DNA of 64,000 bases from an uncultured Acidobacteriota bacterium (lineage in GTDB: Bacteria; Acidobacteriota; Vicinamibacteria; Vicinamibacterales; CAVVIG01), in the NCBI GenBank assembly GCA_963734375.1, contig CAVTHG010000003.1:707385-771384 (forward strand), in the 5' to 3' direction. The translations under genes and the position numbers were made by a program. Each line of letters starts with the position of its first letter. Within the stretch, counting starts at the first letter, position 1. Under the pieces are notes generated by a model, which was not told the origin of the DNA, searched no databases, and was given only the letters and a program-made list of their open reading frames with translations. Below, piece by piece: positions 1-10,107 of the stretch.

Positions 1-1289
<1,289 letters not shown>

Positions 1290-1377
1290 CTGAGCGTCGG
1301 CGCTCGAGTGCTGCTCGGGGAGGGCGATGGTTGGCATCGCCCTCACCGCAGCTGATGCGGTGAACCTGGGAGTTGTC

Positions 1378-3071
1378 ATGATGAGTGCCTTGCTGAACGC
1401 GCTTCGAGCGCACCCGGAACTGGCGATCTTCCTGACGCTCGCCGTCGGGCTTCGTGATCGGCCGGATCCGGATCGGGACGTTCAAGCTGGGGAACGTCGT
1501 CGGCACGCTCATCGCCGGGCGTGCTGATCGGACAACTCGACATCAAGGTCGATCCCACGGTCAAGGCGGTCTTCTTCTCGCTCTTCCTGTTTGCCACCGG
1601 CTACAAGGTCGGGCCGCAGTTCTTTCGCGGCTTGAAGAAGAATGCGCTGCCCCAGGTCGCGCTGACGGTCGTGCTCTGCGTGACGAGCCTGGTGACGACG
1701 CGTCGTGGCGGCGCAAGCTGCTGGGCTACGACACCGGGACGGCCGCCGGCCTCATGGCCGGGGCGTTCACCGAATCGACCGTCATCGGCACCGCCAGCGA
1801 CACGATCGACCGGCTCGACCTGCCGGAGGCCGAGAAGACGAGGCTGAAGAACAACATCCCGGTGGCCTATGCCGTCAGCTACCTGGTGGGCACGGGATTC
1901 GTCGTCTGGTTCCTGTCGGTCGCGGCGCCGCGCCTGCTTCGCGTCGACATGAAGGCAGAGAGCCGGAAACTGGCGGAGCAGATGTCGTCGGGACGGCCGA
2001 GCCTCGGACGAGGAGTCACCTGGCCTACAAGGAATGGAGCATCCGCGCGTACCGGCTGGCCGACGTCCGCGGCGGGCCGGACCGTGGCGGATCTCGAGCG
2101 CGCCGCGAGCCCCGAGCGCGTCTTCGTGGAACGCATCCGGCGAGGCGCCGAGCTGCATCGATGGCACGCCCGGCGACGGTTCTGCAATCGGGCGACGTCA
2201 TCGCGCATCGCGGCGCGGCGGCGAGTGCTGCTCAGTGGAAGCCTGCCGATTGGAGAGGAAGTCGAGGACCCCGCGCTGCTCGATTTTCCGATGGCGACGC
2301 TCGACGTGGTGGTGACGAAGCGAGAGGTGGCGGAGCAACCGCTCTCCGTCCTGGCCGCAGCGGCACGGGCGAGGCGTCGTCCTCGCCAAATTGATCCGCG
2401 GCGGCGAGGAAATTCCCTTCGATGCCGAGACGATCATCAATCGCGGGGACCTGCTCCGCGCTCGCCGGCGCCCAGCGGGACGTGGAGCGCGTCGGACAAG
2501 CGAGCTGGGCTACATCGAGCGTCCATCGAGTGAGTCGGACGTCGTGTTCCTCGGCCTGGGCATTGTCGTCGGCGGTCTCGTCGGGCTGTTGACGCTCAAT
2601 GTCGGCGGGCTGCCGCTCACGCTGACCACGAGCGGCGGCGCGCTCATCATGGGCCTGGTGTTCGGCTGGCTGCGCTCGGTGTATCCGACGTTCGGCAGAA
2701 TTCCCGAACCGGCGCTCTGGATCTTCGACACCGTCGGCCTCGCGGTGTTCATCGGGATCGTCGGATTGACCGCGGGCCCGACATTTGTGGCCGGCCTTCG
2801 CGAGACCGGGCCGAGCCTGGTGTTCGTGGCGTTGATTGTGGCGATCCTGCCGCACCTGGTGTCGCTGCTGTTCGGCTACCACGTCCTGAAGATGAACCCC
2901 GTCATCCTGTTGGGCGCCTGCGCCGGGGCGGGCACCATCACCGCGGCGCTGCGAGCGATCCAGGACGAATCACAAAGCAAGCTCCCGGTTCTCGGATACA
3001 CCGTGCCCTACGCCATCGGGAACATCCTGCTGACGGCCTGGGGCCCGGTCATCGTCGTCCTCCTGAAGTAG
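1378..3071 (+). pseudogene. aspT: Aspartate:alanine antiporter (AspT/YidE/YbjL family) with many frame breaks in the first two thirds
   Basis: ATG at 1378. Fragments MSALLNALRAHPELAIFLTLAVG / [23 protein letters not shown] / [35 protein letters not shown] / [26 protein letters not shown] / central TrkA_C-like text (WSIRAYRL.., LQSGDVI.., LDVVVTKREV..) alternate between three frames. The C-terminal membrane half 2391..3071 is in one frame (GLGIVVGGLVGLL..AGTITAALRAIQDES). Confidence 0.7.
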
Positions 3072-3076
3072 GAGCC

Positions 3077-3577
3077 CTACACCCCTTCCGCACCTTCCAG
3101 GAGCTTGCGCAGTTCGTCTTCCTTGTCCTTGGTCAACGAGGTCTGCATCACACGCCCCTTGCCGGCAAAGGGCCTGAGCCCTTCGAGCACCTTGTCGGGG
3201 GTCGAACGCCGCACGAGCACGAAGAGCGCGGCGCTGCCAGGTGTCAGCGTGGCGCTCAGATCCTTCATGAACTGATCGTTGATGCCGATGTCGGCGAGCT
3301 TGCCTGACAGCGCGCCCGACCCGGCCCCCACGGCGGCGCCGAGCAGCGGGTTGAGGAACAGGAGCCCGATCAGGGACCCCCAGAACGCGCCGCTCGCCGC
3401 GCCGGCAGCGGTCAGGTTCACCGCCTGGTGCAGCTGCACCGCGCCCTTCTCGTTGCGGGTCACGACGACCGCGTCCTCCATCTCGATCAGATACTGGGCC
3501 TGCATCTTGGCCAGAGCTCCGCGCATCTCGAACGCATCCGCTGCGTTGTTGAATCCGACGACGACAAGATTGCTCAT
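3077..3577 (-). CDS. DUF1269-type small membrane protein
   Basis: Internal Met (CAT at 3575-3577) of ORF 3077..4039. MSNLVVVGFNNAADAFEMRGALAKMQAQYLIEMEDAVVVTRNEKGAVQLHQ is followed by Gly-rich TM segments (GAFWGSLIGLLFLNPLLGAAVGAGSGAL). The 150 aa upstream in the ORF are Arg/Pro-rich GC artefact. Confidence 0.7.
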   Translation of the reverse strand: MSNLVVVGFNNAADAFEMRGALAKMQAQYLIEMEDAVVVTRNEKGAVQLHQAVNLTAAGAASGAFWGSLIGLLFLNPLLGAAVGAGSGALSGKLADIGINDQFMKDLSATLTPGSAALFVLVRRSTPDKVLEGLRPFAGKGRVMQTSLTKDKEDELRKLLEGAEGV

Positions 3578-4071
3578 GTTTATTCCCTGGTCAGTTGGTG
3601 CTGTTGTTGTCCGAACGCGTCGCGACCATCGCGTCACGCTGGCGCGGTCGCGGGCCCGGCGATGCGCCAGAATCCGCAAACCTCGACGTCGTTGCCTCGA
3701 AGGCAAATCAGCGACCACCTCTGAAGGCCTCGGGGGCACCGTCAGACCGCCGATTCCACCGGCAATTCCCCCGCGGCGGCGCCGGCCGGCTGGAACCATC
3801 CGAGCATGGTCACGGCGGGCTGTGAGCACGGTCACGGTCGTTGGTACAGCGGCCGGCGGTCGAGCGCGGGCAACCGGCGCGGCTCGGCGCAAGGGGAGGC
3901 TGAGGGCGTGGAGCCACGGAATGCCGGAGGCGCCCCTGAACATTGGAGATTTGCCCATGTCGCGCCGCTGGACGGCACCGCGCAACCCGCAGTCCAGACA
4001 GCCGTTTCGGCGGCACTCCCCTTCGACGACCTCAGGCACGGCGCGTGCTCAGGCCATTGGCAGGTGGTGCG

Positions 4072-4644
4072 ATGAACTCGAGTCCCTATGTTCCCGATGC
4101 CGCGAGACGGGCACGACATGCCTCGCGGACGATTGCCGTCGGTCTCCTTGTCGCCGTCTGGTCGCTGGCCTGGCCCGCCGACGCACACGCGTCGCTGCTG
4201 TCGCCCGAAGCCGAAGACGCGATGGCGATGTACCTGTCGTACTTCATCGTCTTCTTCGTTCCGGTCGTGCTCATCACCCTGTTCTGGATGGTGCACGTGC
4301 TGCCGGAAAAGATCGCGCACAAGCGGCACCATCCGCAGTTCGAGGCGATCCGCACGTTGTGCCTGCTCTCGCTCGTCTTCGGTGGTCTGCTGTGGCCAAT
4401 CGCCTGGCTGTGGGCGTACACCAAACCGGTCGGCTACAAGCTGGCCTACGGCACCGACAAGCATCCCGACTACTTCAAGGAGCACGGCCTCCCGGAACCG
4501 GAAAGCCCCACCACCGATATCCGGCAGCGCGTGGCCGCGCTCGAAGCGAGCGGCGTGTCGGCGACCGAGCTCGACGCCATCCGGACCGACCTGGCGCTGC
4601 TCGAGTCGCGGCTGCCGGGCGACGGGCGGAGCGAGGTGAGGTAA
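4072..4644 (+). CDS. DUF3302 (YiaW-like) inner-membrane protein
   Basis: Internal ATG at 4072 of ORF 3943..4644. MAMYLSYFIVFFVPVVLITLFWMVHVLPEKIAHKRHHPQFEAIRTLCLLSLVFGGLLWPIAWLWAY resembles E. coli YiaW. Its TAA stop (4642-4644) abuts the ATG of the next gene. Confidence 0.7.
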   Translation: MNSSPYVPDAARRARHASRTIAVGLLVAVWSLAWPADAHASLLSPEAEDAMAMYLSYFIVFFVPVVLITLFWMVHVLPEKIAHKRHHPQFEAIRTLCLLSLVFGGLLWPIAWLWAYTKPVGYKLAYGTDKHPDYFKEHGLPEPESPTTDIRQRVAALEASGVSATELDAIRTDLALLESRLPGDGRSEVR

Positions 4645-5916
4645 ATGGAACTCATACTGCTTGGCATCTACTGTTTCTTCGTCTGGCTGATCTTCATCAA
4701 GTTCAAGCTGCTGCCGTGGACCACTCCGTGGAAGGTCGCCGTCGCGATCTTCCCGGTGGTGGCGCTGGCGACGACCCTGGCGCTGCTGAACATCTTCGCG
4801 CCGACGACCGTCGACGTTCGGGTTGTCAAATACGTCGTGCCGATCGTCTCGCAAGTGCGGGGACGGGTGATCGAAGTGCCGGTCGAAAACAACCGGCCGG
4901 TGAAGAAGGGCGACGTGCTGTTCCGGATCGACCCGGTGCCGTACCAGAGCGAGGTCAAAGCGCTCGAGGCACAGCTGGCATCGAACGAAGCGAAGGTCGG
5001 GGCCGCCCTGGCCCGGATCAGCGAGATGGAGGCGCGCCTGCCCGACGCGGTCTCGAGCGAGCGGCAACTCGACGAACAACTCAACCAGGCGACGAACAAT
5101 GTGGTCGCTTTGCAGGCCTCGCTCGACCTCGCCAAAAAACGTGTCGCACAGAACACGGAGCTTGCCGCCGCCGGGGCCGGGAACCGGTTCGACCTGGAGC
5201 AGGCGCAGACCAACGTCAACGAACTCACCGGACAAATCGCCGCAGGACGTGCCGCCGAGCAACAGGTGAGGGAGAAGTTGTCCGGCCGGTTCAAGGGCGA
5301 CTTCGCCGCCATCGCCGGCGTCAAGGCGCAGATCGCCACCGCGCAGGCGGAGGTGCGCTCCTCGCAGGCAATGGTCGAGACGACGCGCGCCCAGCTCGAG
5401 AACGCCCGGTGGAACCTCGATCAGACAACCGTCGTGGCGCCCGGCAACGGCACGATGGTGAACGTGATGCTGCGGCCGGGCTTCTTCGTTGCCGGCATGC
5501 CGTTCAACGAGGTGATGACCTTCGTCGACAACGAGTACCAGGTGTTCGGGATGTTCAACCAGAACGAGCTCCACCAGGTGGAGGCTGGAAACGAAGCCGA
5601 GATCACGCTCGACAGCTACCCGGGGCGCATCGTCAAGGCACACGTCGACTCGATCATCTGGGCTCAGGCGCAGGGACAGGTAGACGCGTCCGGCAATCTC
5701 CCGCGGACAACGTTCAACCCGCCTCCTGGTCAATTCCCGGTGAAGCTCGTGGTCGCCGAGCACGACAACGGCCTCTTCCTGGCGGCGGGCGCCCGCGGCG
5801 CCGCAGCGATCTACACCGAGCACCTGGTGCTCATCCATCTGATTCGCAAGGTGCTGATCAGGGTCTCGTCGCTGCTCGACTACCTGATCATCAAGCACCA
5901 CATCAGTCTCCATTAA
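4645..5916 (+). CDS. HlyD-family membrane-fusion / periplasmic adaptor protein (YiaV-like)
   Basis: Intact 423-aa ORF with an N-terminal TM anchor, a lipoyl-like segment (VSQVRGRVIEVPVENNRPVKKGDVLFRIDP), a long coiled-coil and a beta-barrel segment (TVVAPGNGTMVNV). Confidence 0.85.
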   Translation: MELILLGIYCFFVWLIFIKFKLLPWTTPWKVAVAIFPVVALATTLALLNIFAPTTVDVRVVKYVVPIVSQVRGRVIEVPVENNRPVKKGDVLFRIDPVPYQSEVKALEAQLASNEAKVGAALARISEMEARLPDAVSSERQLDEQLNQATNNVVALQASLDLAKKRVAQNTELAAAGAGNRFDLEQAQTNVNELTGQIAAGRAAEQQVREKLSGRFKGDFAAIAGVKAQIATAQAEVRSSQAMVETTRAQLENARWNLDQTTVVAPGNGTMVNVMLRPGFFVAGMPFNEVMTFVDNEYQVFGMFNQNELHQVEAGNEAEITLDSYPGRIVKAHVDSIIWAQAQGQVDASGNLPRTTFNPPPGQFPVKLVVAEHDNGLFLAAGARGAAAIYTEHLVLIHLIRKVLIRVSSLLDYLIIKHHISLH

Positions 5917-5925
5917 GAAGACGGC

Positions 5926-7395
5926 ATGATGACTCGTTCTCCTCTGACCGCGCGGCGCTGGCTTCGGCCAGTCGCCGCGCCGCTCGCGACCGGACTGGTT
6001 GCGACGATGCTCGCGGGCTGTGCGCTGAAGACGCCGCCCGACGCCGCGGCGATCAAGGAACAGGCGCTGCCGACGATGCAGCCGCCCGCGCAGTGGAAGG
6101 CGCCAGGCGCCGCCCCCGGCGCCGTCGCCGACAACTGGGTCGCGGAGTTCCACGACGAACAACTGAGTGCGGCGGTCGCGGAGGCGATCGCGCACAACGC
6201 CGACCTGGGCGTCGGCGCGGCGCGGGTCGAGCAAGCGCTGCTCTACGCGAAACAGGCGGGGGCGAAGCTGTGGCCCTCGGTGGATCTCCTCGCGCGCGGT
6301 GGCGGCAAGCTGTCCGGCGACGGCTCGGGCATCCAGGGCGCCGTGCTCTCGGTCGTCTGGGAGATCGATCTCTGGGGCCGGGTCCGCTACGGCCGCGCGG
6401 CGAGCGCGGCGCAGGCCTCGTCGGCGGCGGCGGATTTCGAGTACGCGCGGCAGTCGATTGCCGCGCTGGTGGCCAAGAGCTGGTTCCTCGCCATCGAGGC
6501 CGGGCTGCAGGCCGAGGCGGCACGCGAGACGATTCGTTCGAGCGAGGAGCTCGTACGCCTGGCCGGTGAGCGAGCGCGGGTGGGCGTCGCCAATCAGGAG
6601 GACGTCTTCGTCGCGCGCTCCAGCGTCGCGACCTACCAGGATGTCCTGCGCCAGCTCGAAGCGGGACGCGATCAGGCGATTCGGGCGCTCGAGCTCCTGC
6701 TCGGCCGCTACCCCGCGGCCGCCGCGGCTCCTTCGCCGCGGCTGCCGGGTCTCTCCACCGCAGTTCCCGGCGGGCTGCCATCGGAGCTGCTCGAGCGGCG
6801 GCCGGACGTGATCGCGGCCGAGCGGCGCGTGGCGGTCGCGTTCAACCGGATTGGCGAGGCCAAGGCGGCCCGCCTGCCGGTGATCTCGCTGACGACTGGC
6901 CTCAGCGCGATTTCGAGCGAGCTCTTCGAGCTGAAGGAGCACGACAATCCGGTCTGGAACTACGGCGCCGGCCTGCTCGCGCCGATTTTCCGAGGCGGCG
7001 CGCTCAAGACACAAGTAGAGATTCGCACCGCCGAGCAGAAACAGGCGATCGCCGAGTACGGCGTCGTGGGGTTGCGCGCCTTTGGTGAAGTGGAGACCGC
7101 GCTCGCCGCCGAGATCACCGCGCGCGAGCGCGAGCAGATCCTGGCCGGCTCGCTCTCCGACAGTCAGCAGGCGCTCGACCTGGTGCAGACCCAGTTCAGG
7201 GTGGGGAGCACGGATCTCAGGTTCGTCGAGCAGCGCCAGCTGGCGCTGAACGCGACGCGCTCCGCGCTGATCCGGGTGCAGGCCGAGCAGCGCGTGCAGC
7301 GGGTGAACCTGCACCTCGCGCTCGGCGGCAGCTTCGAGCTGCGCCCGCCGCCGCCGCCAACGACGGCGCCGCCGCCGACTCCACCCGCGCGTTGA
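5926..7395 (+). CDS. Outer-membrane efflux lipoprotein, NodT/OMF (TolC-like) family
   Basis: Intact 489-aa ORF with lipobox LAGC near the N-terminus. Two OEP-type repeats are present (PSVDLLARGG.., RPDVIAAERRVAVAFNRIGEAKAARLPVISLT, LRFVEQRQLALNATRSALIRVQAEQ). Confidence 0.85.
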   Translation: MMTRSPLTARRWLRPVAAPLATGLVATMLAGCALKTPPDAAAIKEQALPTMQPPAQWKAPGAAPGAVADNWVAEFHDEQLSAAVAEAIAHNADLGVGAARVEQALLYAKQAGAKLWPSVDLLARGGGKLSGDGSGIQGAVLSVVWEIDLWGRVRYGRAASAAQASSAAADFEYARQSIAALVAKSWFLAIEAGLQAEAARETIRSSEELVRLAGERARVGVANQEDVFVARSSVATYQDVLRQLEAGRDQAIRALELLLGRYPAAAAAPSPRLPGLSTAVPGGLPSELLERRPDVIAAERRVAVAFNRIGEAKAARLPVISLTTGLSAISSELFELKEHDNPVWNYGAGLLAPIFRGGALKTQVEIRTAEQKQAIAEYGVVGLRAFGEVETALAAEITAREREQILAGSLSDSQQALDLVQTQFRVGSTDLRFVEQRQLALNATRSALIRVQAEQRVQRVNLHLALGGSFELRPPPPPTTAPPPTPPAR

Positions 7396-7413
7396 ACCAA
7401 CGTGGGGCAGAAC

Positions 7414-7478
7414 GTAGGGCGGCCCTTCAGGGCCGCCAGTAGCGCAGCCCTTCAGGGCTGCCTGTAGGACGGCCTTTA
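7414..7478. repeat. REP hairpin cluster, family A (GTAG-GGC/CGC + CAGCCC-TTCA-GGGCTG type), about 3 copies
   Basis: gtagggcggcccttcagggccgcc / gtagcgcagcccttcagggctgcc / gtaggacggcctttag lie directly after the OMF stop codon. Confidence 0.85.
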
Positions 7479-7602
7479 GAACGTAGAACCGAGAACGTAG
7501 AACCGAGAACCGAGAACCAGAACCTAGAACCAAGAACCCAGAACCGAGAACCTAGAACCTAGAACCCAGAACCTAGAACCGAGAACCCAGAACCCAGAAC
7601 CC
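7477..7602. repeat. Heptanucleotide microsatellite (AGAACCN), about 18-19 units
   Basis: The tract reads tagaacg tagaacc gagaacg tagaacc gagaacc gagaacc agaacc tagaacc aagaacc cagaacc gagaacc tagaacc tagaacc cagaacc tagaacc gagaacc cagaacc cagaacc c. It is intergenic and ends about 40 nt upstream of the 7641 start. Confidence 0.95.
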
Positions 7603-7640
7603 GGTCGCGGTCCTTCAAGGCTGCGCCGTCAGGAGGCACT

Positions 7641-8204
7641 GTGCATCGCGTCGTCCTCGGTTGCGTTCTTCTCGTCGCCTTTGCCATCAGCGGATCGCTT
7701 CGCGCCGCCGGTGTCTACCCGATGACGCTCGCCGTGAGCGCTCAGGTGAAAAGCGGCGCGACCACGGTGACCTCGGCGTTCACCATCACCGTCGAGCGTT
7801 TGATGACCGAACCGACGCGCACGAAAGTGACCGACGCGTTGCGCTTCGGCGGCTACCAGAACTTTCTCCCCGCGCTGCGCGCGGCGCCGGTGATTGGCGC
7901 CATCGTCCTGGAGAAGCGCGAGGTCCAGCTGCGCTACGCCAGGGAGCAGCCGGATGAGAAAGGGATTCGCCTGACGCTGGTCGCGGACAAGCCGCTGTTC
8001 TTCTTCGGGGCGGATCCGACCAAGGCGAGGGCCGGGTACGAGCTGACGGTCGTCGATCTCCGCCTCGACGACAAAGGCGCCGGCACCGGGACGATGGCCG
8101 GCGCGGCGCGGGTGAAGCCGGCGCCGGGCGGCGCCGTCATCCTCGACGACTACGCGGAAGCGCCGGTCGAGCTCACCGTGCGTCCGGGCGGAGCGGCCAA
8201 GTAG
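7641..8204 (+). CDS. Secreted protein of unknown function, paralogous to 37251..37886
   Basis: GTG start preceded by AGGAGG (7631-7636). The N-terminus is signal-like (VVLGCVLLVAFAISGSLRAAG). It shares a motif order with the 37251 protein (..RYA..G.RL/I..Y.LTVVDLRLDD.GAGTG../..Y.FTLFEMRFNG.GKGEG..). Confidence 0.6.
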   Translation: MHRVVLGCVLLVAFAISGSLRAAGVYPMTLAVSAQVKSGATTVTSAFTITVERLMTEPTRTKVTDALRFGGYQNFLPALRAAPVIGAIVLEKREVQLRYAREQPDEKGIRLTLVADKPLFFFGADPTKARAGYELTVVDLRLDDKGAGTGTMAGAARVKPAPGGAVILDDYAEAPVELTVRPGGAAK

Positions 8205-8213
8205 CCGACCGCC

Positions 8214-10070
8214 TCACGCCGCGTCGACGGCTTCCGCGATCGGCAGCGTGAAGCGGAACGCCGCACCGCTGCCGTCCTGGTTCTCCGCCCATAGTTTCCC
8301 GCCGTGGGCTTCGACAATCGTGCGGGAGATCGCCAGGCCCATCCCCATGCCGTGCGGCTTGGTGGTGTAGAACGGATCGAAGATCTGCCCGAGCGTCTCG
8401 GCGGGAATGCCCGGACCGCCGTCGCCCACCACGACCTCGATGCTCTCGTCGCCGTCGCACCGCGCGGTGATGCTGACGCGCCGATCCGACGGACGCGCGC
8501 CGTCGAGCGCATCCATGCCGTTGAGAATCAGGTTGAGCAGCACCTGCTGCAGGTGCACGCGGTCGCCGCGAATTGCCGGCAGTGCGCCCGGCACGTCGAT
8601 GGTCAGCTTGACGTGACGCGCCGCGGCGTCGACCCGGACCAGCGCCGCGACCTCGCCGACGAGCGCGCTGACCTCGAGCCGCTGCGCGTCGACGGTGTGC
8701 CGGCGGAGCAGGCTGCGCATGCGCTCGATGACGTCGGCCGCGCGCCTGTCGGCGCTGCGGATGTCGGCCACGATGGCGCGCACCTCGGCGATGTCCGGCG
8801 GGTCGCGCTGAAGAAACCGGTCCGCGGCCTCGGCGTTGGAGAGAATGGCGGCGAGCGGCTGATTGATCTCGTGCGCCAGCGCCGAGGCGAGCTGGCCCAT
8901 CATCGAGACGCGGCCGACGTGGGCGATCTCCTCCCGCAGGAGCTGCGCCTCCTGCTCGGCCTGCTTGCGCGCGGTGATCTCGCGCGCTGCGCCGCGGATC
9001 AGCGCCGGCCGGCCCGCGGCGTCGTACTCGACACGCCCGAGCGACGAGATCCACCGGTTCGCACCGTCCGGGAGCGTCAGGCGGAAGTCCGTTTGATAGC
9101 GGCCGCCATCGCCGCCCGCGACCGCGATCGCGTGCGCCTGCTGAAACCCGCCGCGATCGTCGGGGTGCAGCCGGCTCAGGATGGCGTCGAAGGTCAGTGG
9201 TGCTGCCGGCGCGAAGCCAAACAGCTCGCGCCACTTGTCGCTCGCCCAGATGTCGTTGCGCGCGAGGTCCCGGATCCAGAGGCCGAAGTCGGCCGCATCG
9301 ACGGCCAGGCTCATGCGCGCCTCGCTCTCGCGCAGCCCGGCCTCGCTCGCCTGCAGCTCGCCGACGAGTTGCGAAGCGCGGAGGACGTCACGGCTCAACT
9401 CGTACCCCATCACCGAGATCAGCCCCATGTACAAGACGCTGAGAGTAATCGGCATCTGGAGATTCGCCCAAAAAATGAGCGCTGACTGACCGAATCCGAA
9501 CAGCACGAAAAACTCGATGGTCCCGCCGATCATCAGCGCCTTCCGACGGTCGCCGCGCCGCCAGGCGGAGAGGCCGGCATCCGCGACGAAGGCGATGAGC
9601 AGCACGTTACTCAGATGACCGACCAGCGTCCACGGATTGACGACGCCTCCGAACACCGTGATCGGTTCGCCGAGAAACTGAATGTGGCGCGCCGTGATCT
9701 CGCGAAAGTTGAGGTTTTGCCCGACCGTGAAATTGAGCCACAGCGCGCACGCGCGGACTCCGCAGACGGTCCACAACAGCCATCGTCGTCCGCTGCCGAG
9801 ATACACCCACGCGAACCACGCGATCGAGACCACCCAGACAAAGAGCGGCACGTGCGCCCATCTCAGGATTGCCGCGAGTTCGCCAGGCGTTGCCGCCCGC
9901 ATCATCGACAATTCACAGAACGCCATGGCCGTCGTCGAGGCCGCCGTGACGGAAAAGAGCAGATGGGCCCAGGCGGTGCGGTTCCGGTACCAGACCAGAA
10001 AGTAAATCACCGCCAGCGTAAGGCACGCTGACGCGACCATCGACCAGATGACGGTGACCCAGCTCACCAA
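8214..10070 (-). CDS. Membrane sensor histidine kinase (multi-TM N-domain, PAS, HisKA, HATPase)
   Basis: Intact 618-aa ORF with about 6 hydrophobic helices in the first 230 aa and a PAS-like core (FGLWIRDLARNDIWASDKWRELFGF..). It has the H-box LAHEINQPL, N-box LLNLILNGMDA and G-boxes GDGGPGI / GMGMGLAIS. Confidence 0.9.
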   Translation of the reverse strand: MVSWVTVIWSMVASACLTLAVIYFLVWYRNRTAWAHLLFSVTAASTTAMAFCELSMMRAATPGELAAILRWAHVPLFVWVVSIAWFAWVYLGSGRRWLLWTVCGVRACALWLNFTVGQNLNFREITARHIQFLGEPITVFGGVVNPWTLVGHLSNVLLIAFVADAGLSAWRRGDRRKALMIGGTIEFFVLFGFGQSALIFWANLQMPITLSVLYMGLISVMGYELSRDVLRASQLVGELQASEAGLRESEARMSLAVDAADFGLWIRDLARNDIWASDKWRELFGFAPAAPLTFDAILSRLHPDDRGGFQQAHAIAVAGGDGGRYQTDFRLTLPDGANRWISSLGRVEYDAAGRPALIRGAAREITARKQAEQEAQLLREEIAHVGRVSMMGQLASALAHEINQPLAAILSNAEAADRFLQRDPPDIAEVRAIVADIRSADRRAADVIERMRSLLRRHTVDAQRLEVSALVGEVAALVRVDAAARHVKLTIDVPGALPAIRGDRVHLQQVLLNLILNGMDALDGARPSDRRVSITARCDGDESIEVVVGDGGPGIPAETLGQIFDPFYTTKPHGMGMGLAISRTIVEAHGGKLWAENQDGSGAAFRFTLPIAEAVDAA

Positions 10071-10107
10071 CTCAGCGCGCCCTGACGGTCCGCGGTCGCG
10101 ACCATCA

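Noticed and set aside
3279-7533. Very long ORFs 3279..6569 (+, 1096 aa) and 3832..7533 (-, 1233 aa) overlapping the DUF3302/HlyD/OMF genes
   Set aside because: Their Arg/Pro/Gly/Ala-rich, low-complexity translations are typical of off-frame or antisense reading of GC-rich coding DNA. The same DNA encodes three well-conserved proteins in another frame.
7477-7602. Possible CRISPR array (also considered for 40247-40280 and 62406-62446)
   Set aside because: The units are 7-9 bp and directly tandem with no spacers. No cas genes are present. These are microsatellites, not CRISPR.
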